A stretch of DNA of 64,000 nt from a virus: the IMG/VR virus record IMGVR_UViG_3300010354_000051, positions 54,720 to 118,719 of that record; one strand, given 5' to 3'. Shown here in pieces: positions 53,321 through 63,194 of the stretch. The notes under the pieces are model-generated. The model did not search any database and had not been told where the DNA came from. It was given only the letters and a program-made list of their open reading frames with translations. Position 1 is the first letter of the stretch. Each line of letters starts with the position of its first letter. The position numbers and the translations under genes are program-made.

Positions 53321-53661
53321 ATTACTTCTCCGTTGTCATTTAATCTCCAATTAATTATATCACCGGGAAAGATAGAAAGCGTATCGGATACGACTCGGGT
53401 CAGATTCAGCTTGTAATCCGGCTCGACAAGAATCTCACCGCTGATTCCTGTCTCTCTTCCACCGGATAAATTTTCCAACCCGTCACTCACCTCTTCAAGG
53501 GCCGAATCCACTAACTCTTTCAGGCCGATAAGCAAATTGGCCATTTTATCCCGGTCCAAATTTTCACCTTCCAAGTGGTAAAGGCAGGTGTCGAGAATAT
53601 GGTCGGCAGCGATAAAGAATTTATTCAAATTCTGCTGGAGATCATCTGGAGATGGATACAT
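53269..53661 (-). CDS. Protein with C-terminal AbrB/MazE-like DNA-binding domain
   Basis: ILVEPDYKLNLTRVVSDTLSIFPGDIINWRLNDNGEVICRK. Confidence 0.55.
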   Translation of the reverse strand: MYPSPDDLQQNLNKFFIAADHILDTCLYHLEGENLDRDKMANLLIGLKELVDSALEEVSDGLENLSGGRETGISGEILVEPDYKLNLTRVVSDTLSIFPGDIINWRLNDNGEVICRKTGLIPSSKGQNPT

Positions 53662-53695
53662 GGCGGTAAGAGTCCTACCGCCATGCTAGCAAAAA

Positions 53696-53887
53696 TTACT
53701 CCTTGGTGATTTCCGATACCATTTTGAAGTATTTTTTGGGGATTACTCCACGGCGCATTTGCAGCATCTCGTAGCGGATTGCGATATAGAGCCGGATTTG
53801 GTAAGCTCGGATTTTAACTAGCAAGATCGGAGTTTTGATCAGCTTAAGGTAGAGGTAATCGGCCACGTTTCTGTCAACGTATACCAA
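53696..53887 (-). CDS. Hypothetical protein
   Basis: 63-aa ORF filling the gap. Confidence 0.4.
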   Translation of the reverse strand: MVYVDRNVADYLYLKLIKTPILLVKIRAYQIRLYIAIRYEMLQMRRGVIPKKYFKMVSEITKE

Positions 53888-53921
53888 ATAGGTTAAAATG
53901 CCAAGAGCAAGATTGTCCCGG

Positions 53922-54440
53922 TCATAGAATTTCTGTCTCCGTTTCCTCAGCTTTCAACTCTAATGTTTCAATCGGTCTTAACACCTTCTTCGGTACGAAA
54001 TAGGCCGGTCGTCCACGGGCCGGATCAGACCAATACTCTTTCTTCATAACCTCTTCGGCTATGCACCAGCCCCAAATAATTATCGTGCCTTTTTCCACCG
54101 TAATCAGAATCATTTTCTTATCCGGCCTTTCATCTTTCTGAACAATAAGGTCGTAAGAGTGCTTACTCCTGGTCTTTACCTCTATGTCCCCAGGCAAATC
54201 AGAACTTCCACGGACGGAAGTTGTTGCTTGAAAAACCTGATCTTGCAAGTTGAGAAATACCGCAGCGGCCATTTCTCCCATTGCCCCTATCCGGTGCATG
54301 TTGAGAGACGACGGGCCGAAAGCCGGAGCGTTGTTACGACCTAGGAGGTTTTTCTGCTCGTTGACAGTCTGCCTCCTATTCGCCTCTTCTAAAGCCTTTT
54401 TCTTCTGGTCGGGGGTGAGGTAGATGATTCGACCTGACAT
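53922..54440 (-). CDS. Putative PD-(D/E)XK-type nuclease
   Basis: IGAMGEMAAA...GSSDLPGDIEVKTRSK. Confidence 0.55.
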   Translation of the reverse strand: MSGRIIYLTPDQKKKALEEANRRQTVNEQKNLLGRNNAPAFGPSSLNMHRIGAMGEMAAAVFLNLQDQVFQATTSVRGSSDLPGDIEVKTRSKHSYDLIVQKDERPDKKMILITVEKGTIIIWGWCIAEEVMKKEYWSDPARGRPAYFVPKKVLRPIETLELKAEETETEIL

Positions 54441-56161
54441 CTTTTAGCAGCGGAGGTTTTTCTTATCCTAGCGCTTTTTTTGCTGGCCGTCTTCAATTCA
54501 GCCTTATACTTCTCCCAATTTTCCATGATTTTACCTGTTCCGGTATTAGTCCGGATCCATTTATTCAAGCCTCTGCTTGTCATCCCAAGGGTTTTACCCT
54601 CTGAAAAGATCTTTTCCTTCAAGGTTGGGGGTTTTTCAACAACGGTCTCGGGCTGGCTCAGTTCGGCCCAGACGCAGCGAGGAGTAAACTCAAGCTGTTT
54701 TTCGCTAGGCATAGAACTAATGATGTGGTTATCAAGGTCGGGACCGGCAGCGCATAACTTTTCAACACTGGACAATTCGGACTGAAGAGTGTTCAGGCGT
54801 TCGGACACCTTACCGGATTCGGTAGCGATCAAGGTGCGGATTGGTATGGAGAGCAGATGCTGACTAACAACCCTACTTAATTTCCATATCTTTTCAATTT
54901 GAGCAATAGCCGACTCGGAGTCTTTTGCCTTCCGTACAAGTTTTATAAACCTGTCCACATCGGACAATATTGTCTGGACTCCAGACAGCTTATCTATCTC
55001 AAGCTGTAGCGACTCTTTTAATTTTTTGTTCCGGCTAATAACATACTTGACCCGTTCCCCATACCAGGACCGAATTACTTCTCTCACCCCTGTCAGTACG
55101 GGTTTACCGTCAACTCCGACTGTCGTACAGTTAATATTATATATGTGCTTTAAGCCAGTAGACGATAGAAGAGCGGGCAAGATACAGCCCTTTATATCCT
55201 CTGGTGTTTTTGCCACTAGAACAATTCTAATTCCTTCCCGGCTTGAGTGGTCCGAGGCATCGACCAGATTCTGCAATCTGCCCGAATCAGCCAGGTCTCT
55301 GACTTTTTCCAGGAACTTTTCGGAAGAGCCGTAGGCTAGCCTGGTTATGATCAGGGCAGGGCGGGTTGATTTTTTCTTCCAGGCAAACTTCTCCTCTACT
55401 GACCATTCCCCCCAAACTTCCACCTGGCCTTTGCCATGGAGTATTACTTCAGACAACTTACAAGAGTTCTTGTCTACTCTGCCCCCCTGGGCAAACTCCG
55501 GGGGTGAAGAAAACTTGGACAGCAATTGCTTATCTGTTATATTTTTATTTTTTATAAAAGCCCTGGTCGCATTTACTACATCGCTGATTCGGTAAGGCAA
55601 GTGATAACAGGCGTAGCCAGAGGCTATGCCCTGAGCCCCTGTGATAAGTAGTGCGGGCAGCGAGGGAACCATCCTCACCGGTTCGGTTGTCGAATCGTCG
55701 TAGTTAGAGCGCCAGTCCCCCAGAGTCCTATCCAGATCGGCCAGGTAAACTCGCTCAACAAGGGTGGTTGATCTCACCTCTAAGTATCGTGCTGCTGCAG
55801 CCTCATCCTCACTAATGAGCTGACCTATGGCCGGACCGGTTTGTATACTTCCGCCCACATTGCCGTGAATGTCCGTAAGTGTGTATCTGGTTGAAGACTG
55901 CTGCCCGAGGTTAATAATAGTCCCGGAACATCCACCTTGAGGGTGATATTTACCCAGTACGTGCCCTTCTAGCCTGGAGACCTTGCAATACTGGGAGTTG
56001 CTGGTGAGGGATAGGTCTTTTAGGCCGAGTATAGCACGTCTCTGGGCAACCTTTAGCCCGTCGACTATGTCAGGCAAAGCCCGGTTATAAATGGCCGTGG
56101 TATAGGTTAAAAAATCCGAAACCAATTCGGATGTTAACGATACGGAAATACTCTCTGACAT
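54389..56161 (-). CDS. gyrA: Type IIA DNA topoisomerase subunit A (GyrA/ParC-like, no C-terminal pinwheel)
   Basis: RALPDIVDGLKVAQRR, KVSRLEGHVLGKYHPQG, AAARY (catalytic Tyr), EPVRMVPSLPALLITGAQGIASG. Confidence 0.9.
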   Translation of the reverse strand: MSESISVSLTSELVSDFLTYTTAIYNRALPDIVDGLKVAQRRAILGLKDLSLTSNSQYCKVSRLEGHVLGKYHPQGGCSGTIINLGQQSSTRYTLTDIHGNVGGSIQTGPAIGQLISEDEAAAARYLEVRSTTLVERVYLADLDRTLGDWRSNYDDSTTEPVRMVPSLPALLITGAQGIASGYACYHLPYRISDVVNATRAFIKNKNITDKQLLSKFSSPPEFAQGGRVDKNSCKLSEVILHGKGQVEVWGEWSVEEKFAWKKKSTRPALIITRLAYGSSEKFLEKVRDLADSGRLQNLVDASDHSSREGIRIVLVAKTPEDIKGCILPALLSSTGLKHIYNINCTTVGVDGKPVLTGVREVIRSWYGERVKYVISRNKKLKESLQLEIDKLSGVQTILSDVDRFIKLVRKAKDSESAIAQIEKIWKLSRVVSQHLLSIPIRTLIATESGKVSERLNTLQSELSSVEKLCAAGPDLDNHIISSMPSEKQLEFTPRCVWAELSQPETVVEKPPTLKEKIFSEGKTLGMTSRGLNKWIRTNTGTGKIMENWEKYKAELKTASKKSARIRKTSAAKRCQVESSTSPPTRRKRL

Positions 56162-56163
56162 TA

Positions 56164-56523
56164 CTAGTCTTCGTTTGTCGCGTATACTCCGTTGTTTCTT
56201 GAGAGAAGGAAATATCCTAGCTCGGGATTGAAGTAGTCAATGTAAGTCTGCTCGCCTTCCAATAAGAAATTGTTGTAGTAGTCTTTAACAATCTCCATCT
56301 CCTCCGGGGTTTGCATCTCGGATGGGAATGAGCTTTTTAAACACAACGTGCCGTCTCTTTTGTCGATCTCAAAGATCTCGATTGTCGTACCGAAGACGGG
56401 GTGTTCCAGAGTTACCTTATAGGTAAGGTCATTTAACTTAATTACTTCGGTGACAATATCGTCCCGCGATGTAAGAAATTCCGCCTCGACGAAAATCTCC
56501 GGGTAGCGTCTCTGTTTCTTCAA
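56164..56523 (-). CDS. Hypothetical protein
   Basis: 119-aa ORF; motif variant GTTTAAAGT upstream. Confidence 0.55.
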   Translation of the reverse strand: MKKQRRYPEIFVEAEFLTSRDDIVTEVIKLNDLTYKVTLEHPVFGTTIEIFEIDKRDGTLCLKSSFPSEMQTPEEMEIVKDYYNNFLLEGEQTYIDYFNPELGYFLLSRNNGVYATNED

Positions 56524-56616
56524 AAGGATCCTCCTCGGGCCGCACTCTGATTCTACCCCTACTTTAAACGCCAGGAGAAACTTTTATCAACCGGCCGAAG
56601 TTTTGGTAAAATTTAT

Positions 56617-56895
56617 ATGTCCAAATGCTCGGAGTGGTCTATGACCAGCCCCAACAGCCGGCCAAAACGCGAATACTTTGGCCCGGAAGAACCCTTCGTC
56701 CACTGTCACGACGACACGTACTATCGCCAGCAAAATACTGGCCGGTGCGGAGTTTGCGGCAAGCGGACTCACTACAAGTCCCTGTACGCAGCCGAACACT
56801 GCTGCAGCGTGGAATGCAGCAACGAACTCTGGTGCGACATTACCGAACGCATCGCAACATCAACCCGATCCGCTCTAAGAAAAAGAGGTAAGTGA
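56617..56895 (+). CDS. Small Cys-rich zinc-finger-like protein
   Basis: CGVCGKRTHYKSLYAAEHCCSVEC; ATG start; stop overlaps the next GTG. Confidence 0.6.
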   Translation: MSKCSEWSMTSPNSRPKREYFGPEEPFVHCHDDTYYRQQNTGRCGVCGKRTHYKSLYAAEHCCSVECSNELWCDITERIATSTRSALRKRGK

Positions 56896-58388
56896 CCATG
56901 GCTAATCTAGAAGCGCTTTTAGTCGAAGCCAAAGACTCCACTACGAGCAGAGAAAGGCTCAGAGAGATTTGGGATATGACCAAGTCTTCTCGAGTTAGAA
57001 AAGCTATCAGCAGCAATCCTAATCTCGATGCGAAATTGCTGAAGTTGGCTTCGCGCCTCTACATCAAAGAGGTGGTTACCAACAGCTCGGTAGAACTGGT
57101 TCAGTTGTTTACCGAGGACGAATTCATGAAGAAGATCTACTATGCGTATAACGACCCAGCCAAATTCTTCTCCGAATTCAAGATCAGTAGACTACAGCAG
57201 GTCAGTAAAGTTGAGGATAGAGTGTGCCTGGCCAGAGCCATGCTCATTTCCCCTAAACTCAACAGTCCCACGTTGCTACTGATGATCAGTGGTGCGCTTA
57301 GTACACCTGAATTTACCAGGGAATTCAACATGAATCCTGAGGCGTTCGATCGAGCAAAAAAAATATGCTCGGAGAACGTAAAAGATTTTAATCTGGGCCA
57401 GATACTGAATTTCCAAGATCGCGGATTAATAGGGGAGGATAAAGCCCGAATCGGGGTTAAAAACTCTATAAAGCTGCACTCTTATCTGACCGATGGGACC
57501 TTTGTTAGCTTTTTCCAAAAGAGGTATGAGGGGTGGCTAAAAGGGTCGACCGCAGACTACTCCTATCTCCTGGAGTTTCTGCTGGCTGCTGCTTACAAAA
57601 ACTTGGAGAATCTGGCCAAGGTCAGCAAAAAGAACAAGTTTATTCTTGGAGATGATTGTCTAAAGCTTCTCTCTAATTTGTACAGAGACATGCTGTATGT
57701 AGAAGTAGCTGCAGGGAGAATAGGTTCAGGATCTAATTCTCCTTATTCTTGGATGCACTTTAGGAATCTGGGAAGCCAATCCAAATCCTACTCCCTGTCC
57801 GAGTTGATTTGGAAGATTATCTCGATACGGAACAAAATTACCAAAAGCAGTTCGGTAAAGGATTGGGATTTGGAGTCATTTTATTCCGATATTAAGATGA
57901 TTGGGTTTAACAAGGACATGGGTCCTTGGGGAGGGTATACAGTAATGACCAGTGTGGTAAACACCCCTGATAAATTAGAGGCTCTTTGTCAGAAGCTCAA
58001 CCTGCTTGATGACGAGTCATTAATTTTTTACCTGACAGCTAATCTGGTAAATAGAGAGTACTACTGTAGGAATTCTGGAGGAAGCGAGTATAGTAAGTTG
58101 GTTGACCGTATTAACTTACTCAATCAGCATTCTTTTGAAAAGAACTACGGGATTTTGTATAGGTATTCTAGCCTAGACTCTTATCCAACTTTCTGCTTAG
58201 ATAAGGCCCACCCGGCCATTAAAACCGGGTCGGAAAGGTACACTGTAAGGGGGCAAAAACCCCCCAAGTTGTTGCCTGTAGGCTCGGGCTTTATTAGCAA
58301 GGATGATTTGGGAGGCCTGGTCGGGTTAGAAACCGGACTTTCTTATCCAGAGTCAAAACGGCTGAAAGAAGTTCTATCTGAGCAATAG
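56892..58388 (+). CDS. Protein with N-terminal leucine-rich-repeat-variant (LRV)-like unit
   Basis: AKDSTTSRERLREIW...RVRKAISSNPNLDAKLL..L...EVVTN. Confidence 0.55.
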   Translation: MTMANLEALLVEAKDSTTSRERLREIWDMTKSSRVRKAISSNPNLDAKLLKLASRLYIKEVVTNSSVELVQLFTEDEFMKKIYYAYNDPAKFFSEFKISRLQQVSKVEDRVCLARAMLISPKLNSPTLLLMISGALSTPEFTREFNMNPEAFDRAKKICSENVKDFNLGQILNFQDRGLIGEDKARIGVKNSIKLHSYLTDGTFVSFFQKRYEGWLKGSTADYSYLLEFLLAAAYKNLENLAKVSKKNKFILGDDCLKLLSNLYRDMLYVEVAAGRIGSGSNSPYSWMHFRNLGSQSKSYSLSELIWKIISIRNKITKSSSVKDWDLESFYSDIKMIGFNKDMGPWGGYTVMTSVVNTPDKLEALCQKLNLLDDESLIFYLTANLVNREYYCRNSGGSEYSKLVDRINLLNQHSFEKNYGILYRYSSLDSYPTFCLDKAHPAIKTGSERYTVRGQKPPKLLPVGSGFISKDDLGGLVGLETGLSYPESKRLKEVLSEQ

Positions 58389-59483
58389 AGGCTGGTAAAA
58401 AGAGTCATACTCGCCCTTCTTGAGAGAGTTAAACCTTTCAAGAGGGGTTTTATGTTCGGCCTTCCAGGTAAAGAACACTGGAAGTCGATTCACCGTGCAG
58501 GTTTTTCTCAACAACTCTTTGGTCAGATTTTCTACTCCGCCCACCCGGCTCGCCCTCTCCATAAGAATCTTTACCACTTCAGTGTCCTTATACCCGTAGA
58601 TTTTTTTGCATACGTCCGCACAGTAATTTTCAGGGGAGGGCCTGGAAGCCTCTACAATGCGCTTGAAGCGGGTGGTCAGGGACAAGGACTCACGAGGCAG
58701 GTTCAAGGCTGCTTCCAGGCGATCACAGAGGCCGATCAGGAAGGATTTGCCATAAGCGGTTTCCAGAGTTTTACTGGGTTGGGATAGGAGGGAGACGAGG
58801 TCGTTCTCCGGCATGGCCTCGGCAAGCTTGTAACCTTTCTCCCACTGATCTAGTTTTTTTAGAACGGTGGAAGTTTTGGTCGGTCGGGTGTTGTTGGAGT
58901 TCCATCTCAGGCCCTGACTCAAGGCCTGGTTTACTCTTTGCTCAAGATCGGGCGGAGGAGCGGGAGCTGGGGATGAAGCCTGGCCGGAGATTATTCTGGC
59001 CGTAGACTGTGCTATACTTTTTACAGCCATGTGGGTATAGTCTTCTCCCTGGTGGTTTTCGCTATACTTAAGGACCGTGTCGCACATGGTCTGAACAGCC
59101 TGTACGGCAGAAGCCGTCTTATACGCTTCGAGTCTCCGATCTTCCTGCCTGCTGTGGTACTCGGCCAATAGCTGTATGCACTGAAGACTTCTCTGCTGGT
59201 CGCTAAGGTCATTCAGCAGGCTGAATCGGCGGTCGAGGTTTTTCTGGCAAGCGCTGAGCGTATCGGCCAATCTGCTCACGGCAAATTGCTGCGATTTAAC
59301 GGCCTGCAGCAGTTCCTGATCGGTCAGGAGGTGGGCTGGTATGGGCGTGGTCATCACCTGGCCCATGTATACCTCCCACTCCGGGCTAGAGACGACTTCC
59401 GGGCAGTGGAGAGGGTATTCGTTCATGGTTGTGTCTCGGCCCCCGAATTGTAGCAGGTCGAGGTGGGGAATTTTTTCGGCCAC
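58374..59483 (-). CDS. Hypothetical helical protein next to the iteron block
   Basis: 369-aa ORF; start uncertain. Confidence 0.55.
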   Translation of the reverse strand: MAEKIPHLDLLQFGGRDTTMNEYPLHCPEVVSSPEWEVYMGQVMTTPIPAHLLTDQELLQAVKSQQFAVSRLADTLSACQKNLDRRFSLLNDLSDQQRSLQCIQLLAEYHSRQEDRRLEAYKTASAVQAVQTMCDTVLKYSENHQGEDYTHMAVKSIAQSTARIISGQASSPAPAPPPDLEQRVNQALSQGLRWNSNNTRPTKTSTVLKKLDQWEKGYKLAEAMPENDLVSLLSQPSKTLETAYGKSFLIGLCDRLEAALNLPRESLSLTTRFKRIVEASRPSPENYCADVCKKIYGYKDTEVVKILMERASRVGGVENLTKELLRKTCTVNRLPVFFTWKAEHKTPLERFNSLKKGEYDSFYQPLLLR

Positions 59484-59623
59484 CCAACTCTAAGCACATA
59501 CAGGCCTTATATACATTTACACTTACCCTTCGGGCACAAAAAAACAAAAGGTAAAATTATGAAATTTATGACGCTGTATATCTGGCGTGGAGTTGTGCCC
59601 ATTTCCGGTTTTGGCGAAAGGTA

Positions 59624-60164
59624 AACCCCTTGCAGCGCAAGGGTTCTCATTTTTGGACAGGTTTGAGACAACGAGATTGACCCCTATTCGGCCCTGTTTC
59701 AGACTGTTTTAGGGGGGGCCTAACTGTAGTTTTGAACTGTGAAATTTATGGAAAAATCGCCCAAATTTGTGGTCGTTTTTGAAAACTACACTTAGGCCTA
59801 TTCGCTGAAACTCGTTGCGCTGCAAGGGATTACAAGGAATACCACAAAAATACCACAAAAACCGAAAATACAGTTAGGCCCTAGCTGCTTTTTCCATAAT
59901 TCCCTGAGATCGCTTCCAGCGCAAGGGATCTGAGCAAAAAACACCTAGGCCTGCGAAAATACAGTTAGGCCTATCGAAAATACAGTTAGGCCCCTAAACC
60001 CATTGCGCTGCAAGGGTTCTCAGAAACTACAGCCAGGCCCCCCTCGAACCAAATTTATGGCTGGAAAATACAGTTAGGCCCCCTGACCGCCATACTTTAT
60101 GGCTGGAAAATACAGTTAGGCCCCCTGACCGCCATACTTTATGGCTGGAAAATACAGTTAGGCC
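59624..60164. repeat. Non-coding iteron and palindrome block (candidate origin or packaging site)
   Basis: 6 exact GAAAATACAGTTAGGCC copies plus 3 variants (one inverted); 42-bp tandem repeat with three iteron copies; 4 imperfect AACCCnTTGC-n-GCAAGGGTT palindromes. Confidence 0.85.
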
Positions 60165-60167
60165 TCT

Positions 60168-60425
60168 TCAAAAAACCTTGTGCCCTTCAAACAAAACCCT
60201 CAATCTGGCATGCTCGGCAAGCCCTTCTACCCCCATCGTGTTCAAAATATCAACAGCCTCTTTCTCATCCATCCACGACATAATTCCATATACCCCCCTC
60301 AGAGCCAAATAAAAAATCCTGTAGTTTCCTCCTACTGTCCGGGTTCCAGAGACCACAATTCGCACCCCGTATTCCACTTCTAAAGTGTTTCTTGTGCTCA
60401 GGGGAAGCCAGGGTTCTTCTAACAT
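60168..60425 (-). CDS. Hypothetical protein
   Basis: 85-aa ORF in a coupled run. Confidence 0.5.
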   Translation of the reverse strand: MLEEPWLPLSTRNTLEVEYGVRIVVSGTRTVGGNYRIFYLALRGVYGIMSWMDEKEAVDILNTMGVEGLAEHARLRVLFEGHKVF

Positions 60426-60703
60426 TTAAACAACACCGTTGTTCTTATAATTTCAACTGCTACTTCTGTCGTACAGCCGGATAGTTCGCTAATCCTCACT
60501 TTGTCCCATTCCCACCAGTCAAAGCAGAAAAAGAAATACTCCTCATCCCAACCGGAGTCTTCTATAACCTTACCTTCGTACAACAGGTCTTCGAACTTAG
60601 ATTTGTTGAATTTGCTAGCCATATTAATCCGTCTCAAACAGAAATTGATATAGAAGGGTTTGAGCGCAGCATTCTGCCGATCCGGCTCTAAGCATTTCCT
60701 CAT
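60419..60703 (-). CDS. Hypothetical protein
   Basis: ORF in a coupled run; start probably MASKFNK. Confidence 0.5.
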   Translation of the reverse strand: MRKCLEPDRQNAALKPFYINFCLRRINMASKFNKSKFEDLLYEGKVIEDSGWDEEYFFFCFDWWEWDKVRISELSGCTTEVAVEIIRTTVLFKC

Positions 60704-60923
60704 ACATGTAATAAACAGTGCTATATAGACATGTAGAAGTTGCTAAGTGGGTTATTTTTACACAACAAACACGCGAGTAGCTTATCTCAGCACGTATACC
60801 AACTTCAGCTAAAGCCGGAACTAGCTCTACTTTCAAGATCTGACAGAGTTTTTCAAACTCGCCATCGTACTGCGACTGCATGCTCAAAAGCTCATCTCCA
60901 AAATCACTACTTGCAGAATACAC
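60624..60923 (-). CDS. Hypothetical protein
   Basis: 99-aa ORF. Confidence 0.45.
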   Translation of the reverse strand: MYSASSDFGDELLSMQSQYDGEFEKLCQILKVELVPALAEVGIRAEISYSRVCCVKITHLATSTCLYSTVYYMYEEMLRAGSAECCAQTLLYQFLFETD

Positions 60924-61240
60924 TTCTCTTGAGTCAGATCATGTCTTCTTTCAGCAAGATATATCAAGTCAGACTTTGGGAGTATGCAGAGCTGAGGTGA
61001 AAAAGTTAGCACGGTCCAAGCCTCACACAAAATATGGTCGATAGATTTATTTTCGTAAGCCTTTCTATCCAGCACTTTTACGGGAGTTGTTGAGTGATAG
61101 TATGTACTATCACCCTCTAACCAAAAGATAAAATGGTCGCTGGTCACACCAAGCCTCAGGCCGTATTTTTTCTGGGCTGCTGACCTGAGCCTACGGGTTC
61201 TGAAAAGTCGGTCGAAGATCACAGGGCCAGAGCTAGACAA
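60884..61240 (-). CDS. Member of the early-region paralog family
   Basis: HFIFWL...ILCEAWTVLTFSP. Confidence 0.5.
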   Translation of the reverse strand: MSSSGPVIFDRLFRTRRLRSAAQKKYGLRLGVTSDHFIFWLEGDSTYYHSTTPVKVLDRKAYENKSIDHILCEAWTVLTFSPQLCILPKSDLIYLAERRHDLTQEKCILQVVILEMSF

Positions 61241-61716
61241 AGCAAGCCTAGCACGGAAACCAGGCAGTAGAAGGGCAGGTGGTTGCGAGGCATGATCACC
61301 CGGTAAATGTTACTACCCTGATTTCCAAAAACCACTTCGAGCAACAAATCGTTATAAACAGCATTGACTCCTCGCCTCCTAACAGACCTGATCAGTTTCT
61401 TCCTATCCTCCTGGTATACCGGATTCTCCCTATCTGTTATAAAAACACTATGTCGGCAATCTGTCAGCTTCAAGTTATGTTTTCTGAATCTCCACCCTAA
61501 GAGAATTAGATAAATAGAAGGCCTGTTACCTAAAGAGTACAGTAATGACTCACGGCATATACTAATAAAGAGTATTACTAACATTAAGAAAAGTTTGATC
61601 AGGTTGTAGGCTATAATACCGAACGCTATAAGAGTAGAAACTAATACATATAAAAGGCCGACTAAAAAAAGTACAAAGAGGATTAGTAACCCTATAGGGG
61701 TGAGAAATTCAAGCAT
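61219..61716 (-). CDS. Membrane protein, paralog family
   Basis: N- and C-terminal hydrophobic helices; SVRRRGVNAVYNDLLLEVVF. Confidence 0.55.
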   Translation of the reverse strand: MLEFLTPIGLLILFVLFLVGLLYVLVSTLIAFGIIAYNLIKLFLMLVILFISICRESLLYSLGNRPSIYLILLGWRFRKHNLKLTDCRHSVFITDRENPVYQEDRKKLIRSVRRRGVNAVYNDLLLEVVFGNQGSNIYRVIMPRNHLPFYCLVSVLGLLCLALAL

Positions 61717-61722
61717 GGCTAG

Positions 61723-62220
61723 TTACCTCACCTGTTTAATAATTGTTTTCACTACATAAAAGGCATTTGCAGTGTGTAAGAGCATTGCTAGTGCGAATAC
61801 GCAGGCTAGTGCTAAGTATTTAGCATGGATAAGATTCCATGAGTTGAGTGAAACCATCGTCAAATTAAATATGGCAAACCAGACTTTGTCGTAATCCAAA
61901 TAGCCTGTAATCCCTGCGTTTGAGTAGACAAGAAACAGCTCGTAGTAGTCGATTTCTTCCGTACCCGCATCAAACTCCAGGCAGGTTTTTATCTCGGCTA
62001 GTAATCCGCTAGCACCTGACGTTTGTATTTTCCTCCTCACAAACTGGTCATCCAGTCGGAACTGCCTGTTTACACCATGTGTTCTATAAAATGCAAGTGA
62101 AGATTTGAACTTGTTTGGGCAGTACCAAAAACAATAAGTGTTGCTGACTAAGGCCTTATACATCCTAACTCGGCCAAACCACCTAAAATAAGCATAAAGC
62201 AGCAGGTCTCTAACTATCAT
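61723..62220 (-). CDS. Membrane protein, paralog family
   Basis: ATGA-coupled start at 62220 (MIVRDLLLYAYFRW); SGASGLLAEIKTCLEF; C-terminal TM helices. Confidence 0.55.
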   Translation of the reverse strand: MIVRDLLLYAYFRWFGRVRMYKALVSNTYCFWYCPNKFKSSLAFYRTHGVNRQFRLDDQFVRRKIQTSGASGLLAEIKTCLEFDAGTEEIDYYELFLVYSNAGITGYLDYDKVWFAIFNLTMVSLNSWNLIHAKYLALACVFALAMLLHTANAFYVVKTIIKQVR

Positions 62221-62729
62221 TTCTTTTTCAGAATAAAGCCCGTACAAAATGCTACCGCAAACGCGATTCCCCACCCTATGCAAAGAGATACCAAAGCCCT
62301 GATGAAAGTTTCCCAACCAAAAATAATAAACAAAGCACCCATCAATAATCCAATCCACATTGAATCAAACATTAACGGGTAAGATTGAACAATTTTTATA
62401 TCCGGGCTCACTACCTCATGCTCTTCAAAGACAGCCGGAGAGAACACCAGCAGAGTGTGAACTTCGTTCAGAACAGAATTCAACCCGCGACTTTTTGCAG
62501 CCGCTTTGAGGCCCGCTAATCTAACTGATCTATACCCGATGCAATTTCTAATTCTTTCTCTTATATTCTGTCCTCTCTTCCTCCCTTTGCCATCAATCCA
62601 AAACAGAAGATTCTTCTCCCCATCTACAATTATTTCCCTTACACGAACTTTCTTACCCAGCATAAAGAGAGCGGACCGGATAAAAAGAATTTCCGGCAGT
62701 AGCGGTGAAGAGTTAGTTGACATTTTCAA
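62217..62729 (-). CDS. Membrane protein, paralog family
   Basis: NLLFWID...KSRGLNSVLNEVHTLLVFSP; two C-terminal TM helices. Confidence 0.55.
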   Translation of the reverse strand: MKMSTNSSPLLPEILFIRSALFMLGKKVRVREIIVDGEKNLLFWIDGKGRKRGQNIRERIRNCIGYRSVRLAGLKAAAKSRGLNSVLNEVHTLLVFSPAVFEEHEVVSPDIKIVQSYPLMFDSMWIGLLMGALFIIFGWETFIRALVSLCIGWGIAFAVAFCTGFILKKK

Positions 62730-63021
62730 AAGATAGTCGAAGGATAATGCACTGAAGTAGGTAATCTAACAAAACTTCACGACCTTTTTCGTTTAAAATG
62801 CGGACCAAATCATTATGGTCAAGTTTGTTTAACCATTTGCGTATACCAAACTTCTTCCAGAGGGAATAGTGATCGTATTCATCCAGATCACAAACAGTAC
62901 GATTGATATAAGATATACGACGGTATTCTTCGCAATGTACAAACACTTCAAACGCTGCTATCTCCCCTCTCTCTGTTAAATAATAAGACAAGTTCGTTTC
63001 TTCGTTAATCATCATTCCCAC
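62713..63021 (-). CDS. Hypothetical protein
   Basis: 102-aa ORF. Confidence 0.5.
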   Translation of the reverse strand: MGMMINEETNLSYYLTERGEIAAFEVFVHCEEYRRISYINRTVCDLDEYDHYSLWKKFGIRKWLNKLDHNDLVRILNEKGREVLLDYLLQCIILRLSFENVN

Positions 63022-63183
63022 TCCGGGATAAGAAAAGCAGAGACGGCCTTGCTGCCCATCAGCTCAGTGCCGACTAACAAAGCATGATACGCACTGAACG
63101 CCATCACCTCGATACACTTGAATGATGTACAGACTCGGTAGGGTAGAAGCTCGGCCATCAGAGCTAACCAAGAACAACCCAAT

Positions 63184-63194
63184 CATTCTACCAC
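63184..63194 (-). promoter_or_regulatory. Sigma70-like extended -10 element GTGGTAGAATG
   Basis: TG-n-TAGAAT upstream of the early gene run. Confidence 0.45.

Noticed and set aside
59717-60164. CRISPR array
   Set aside because: The 17-bp repeats are too short and irregularly spaced, and the intervening sequences are themselves repeated (42-bp tandem), so there are no unique spacers and no cas genes
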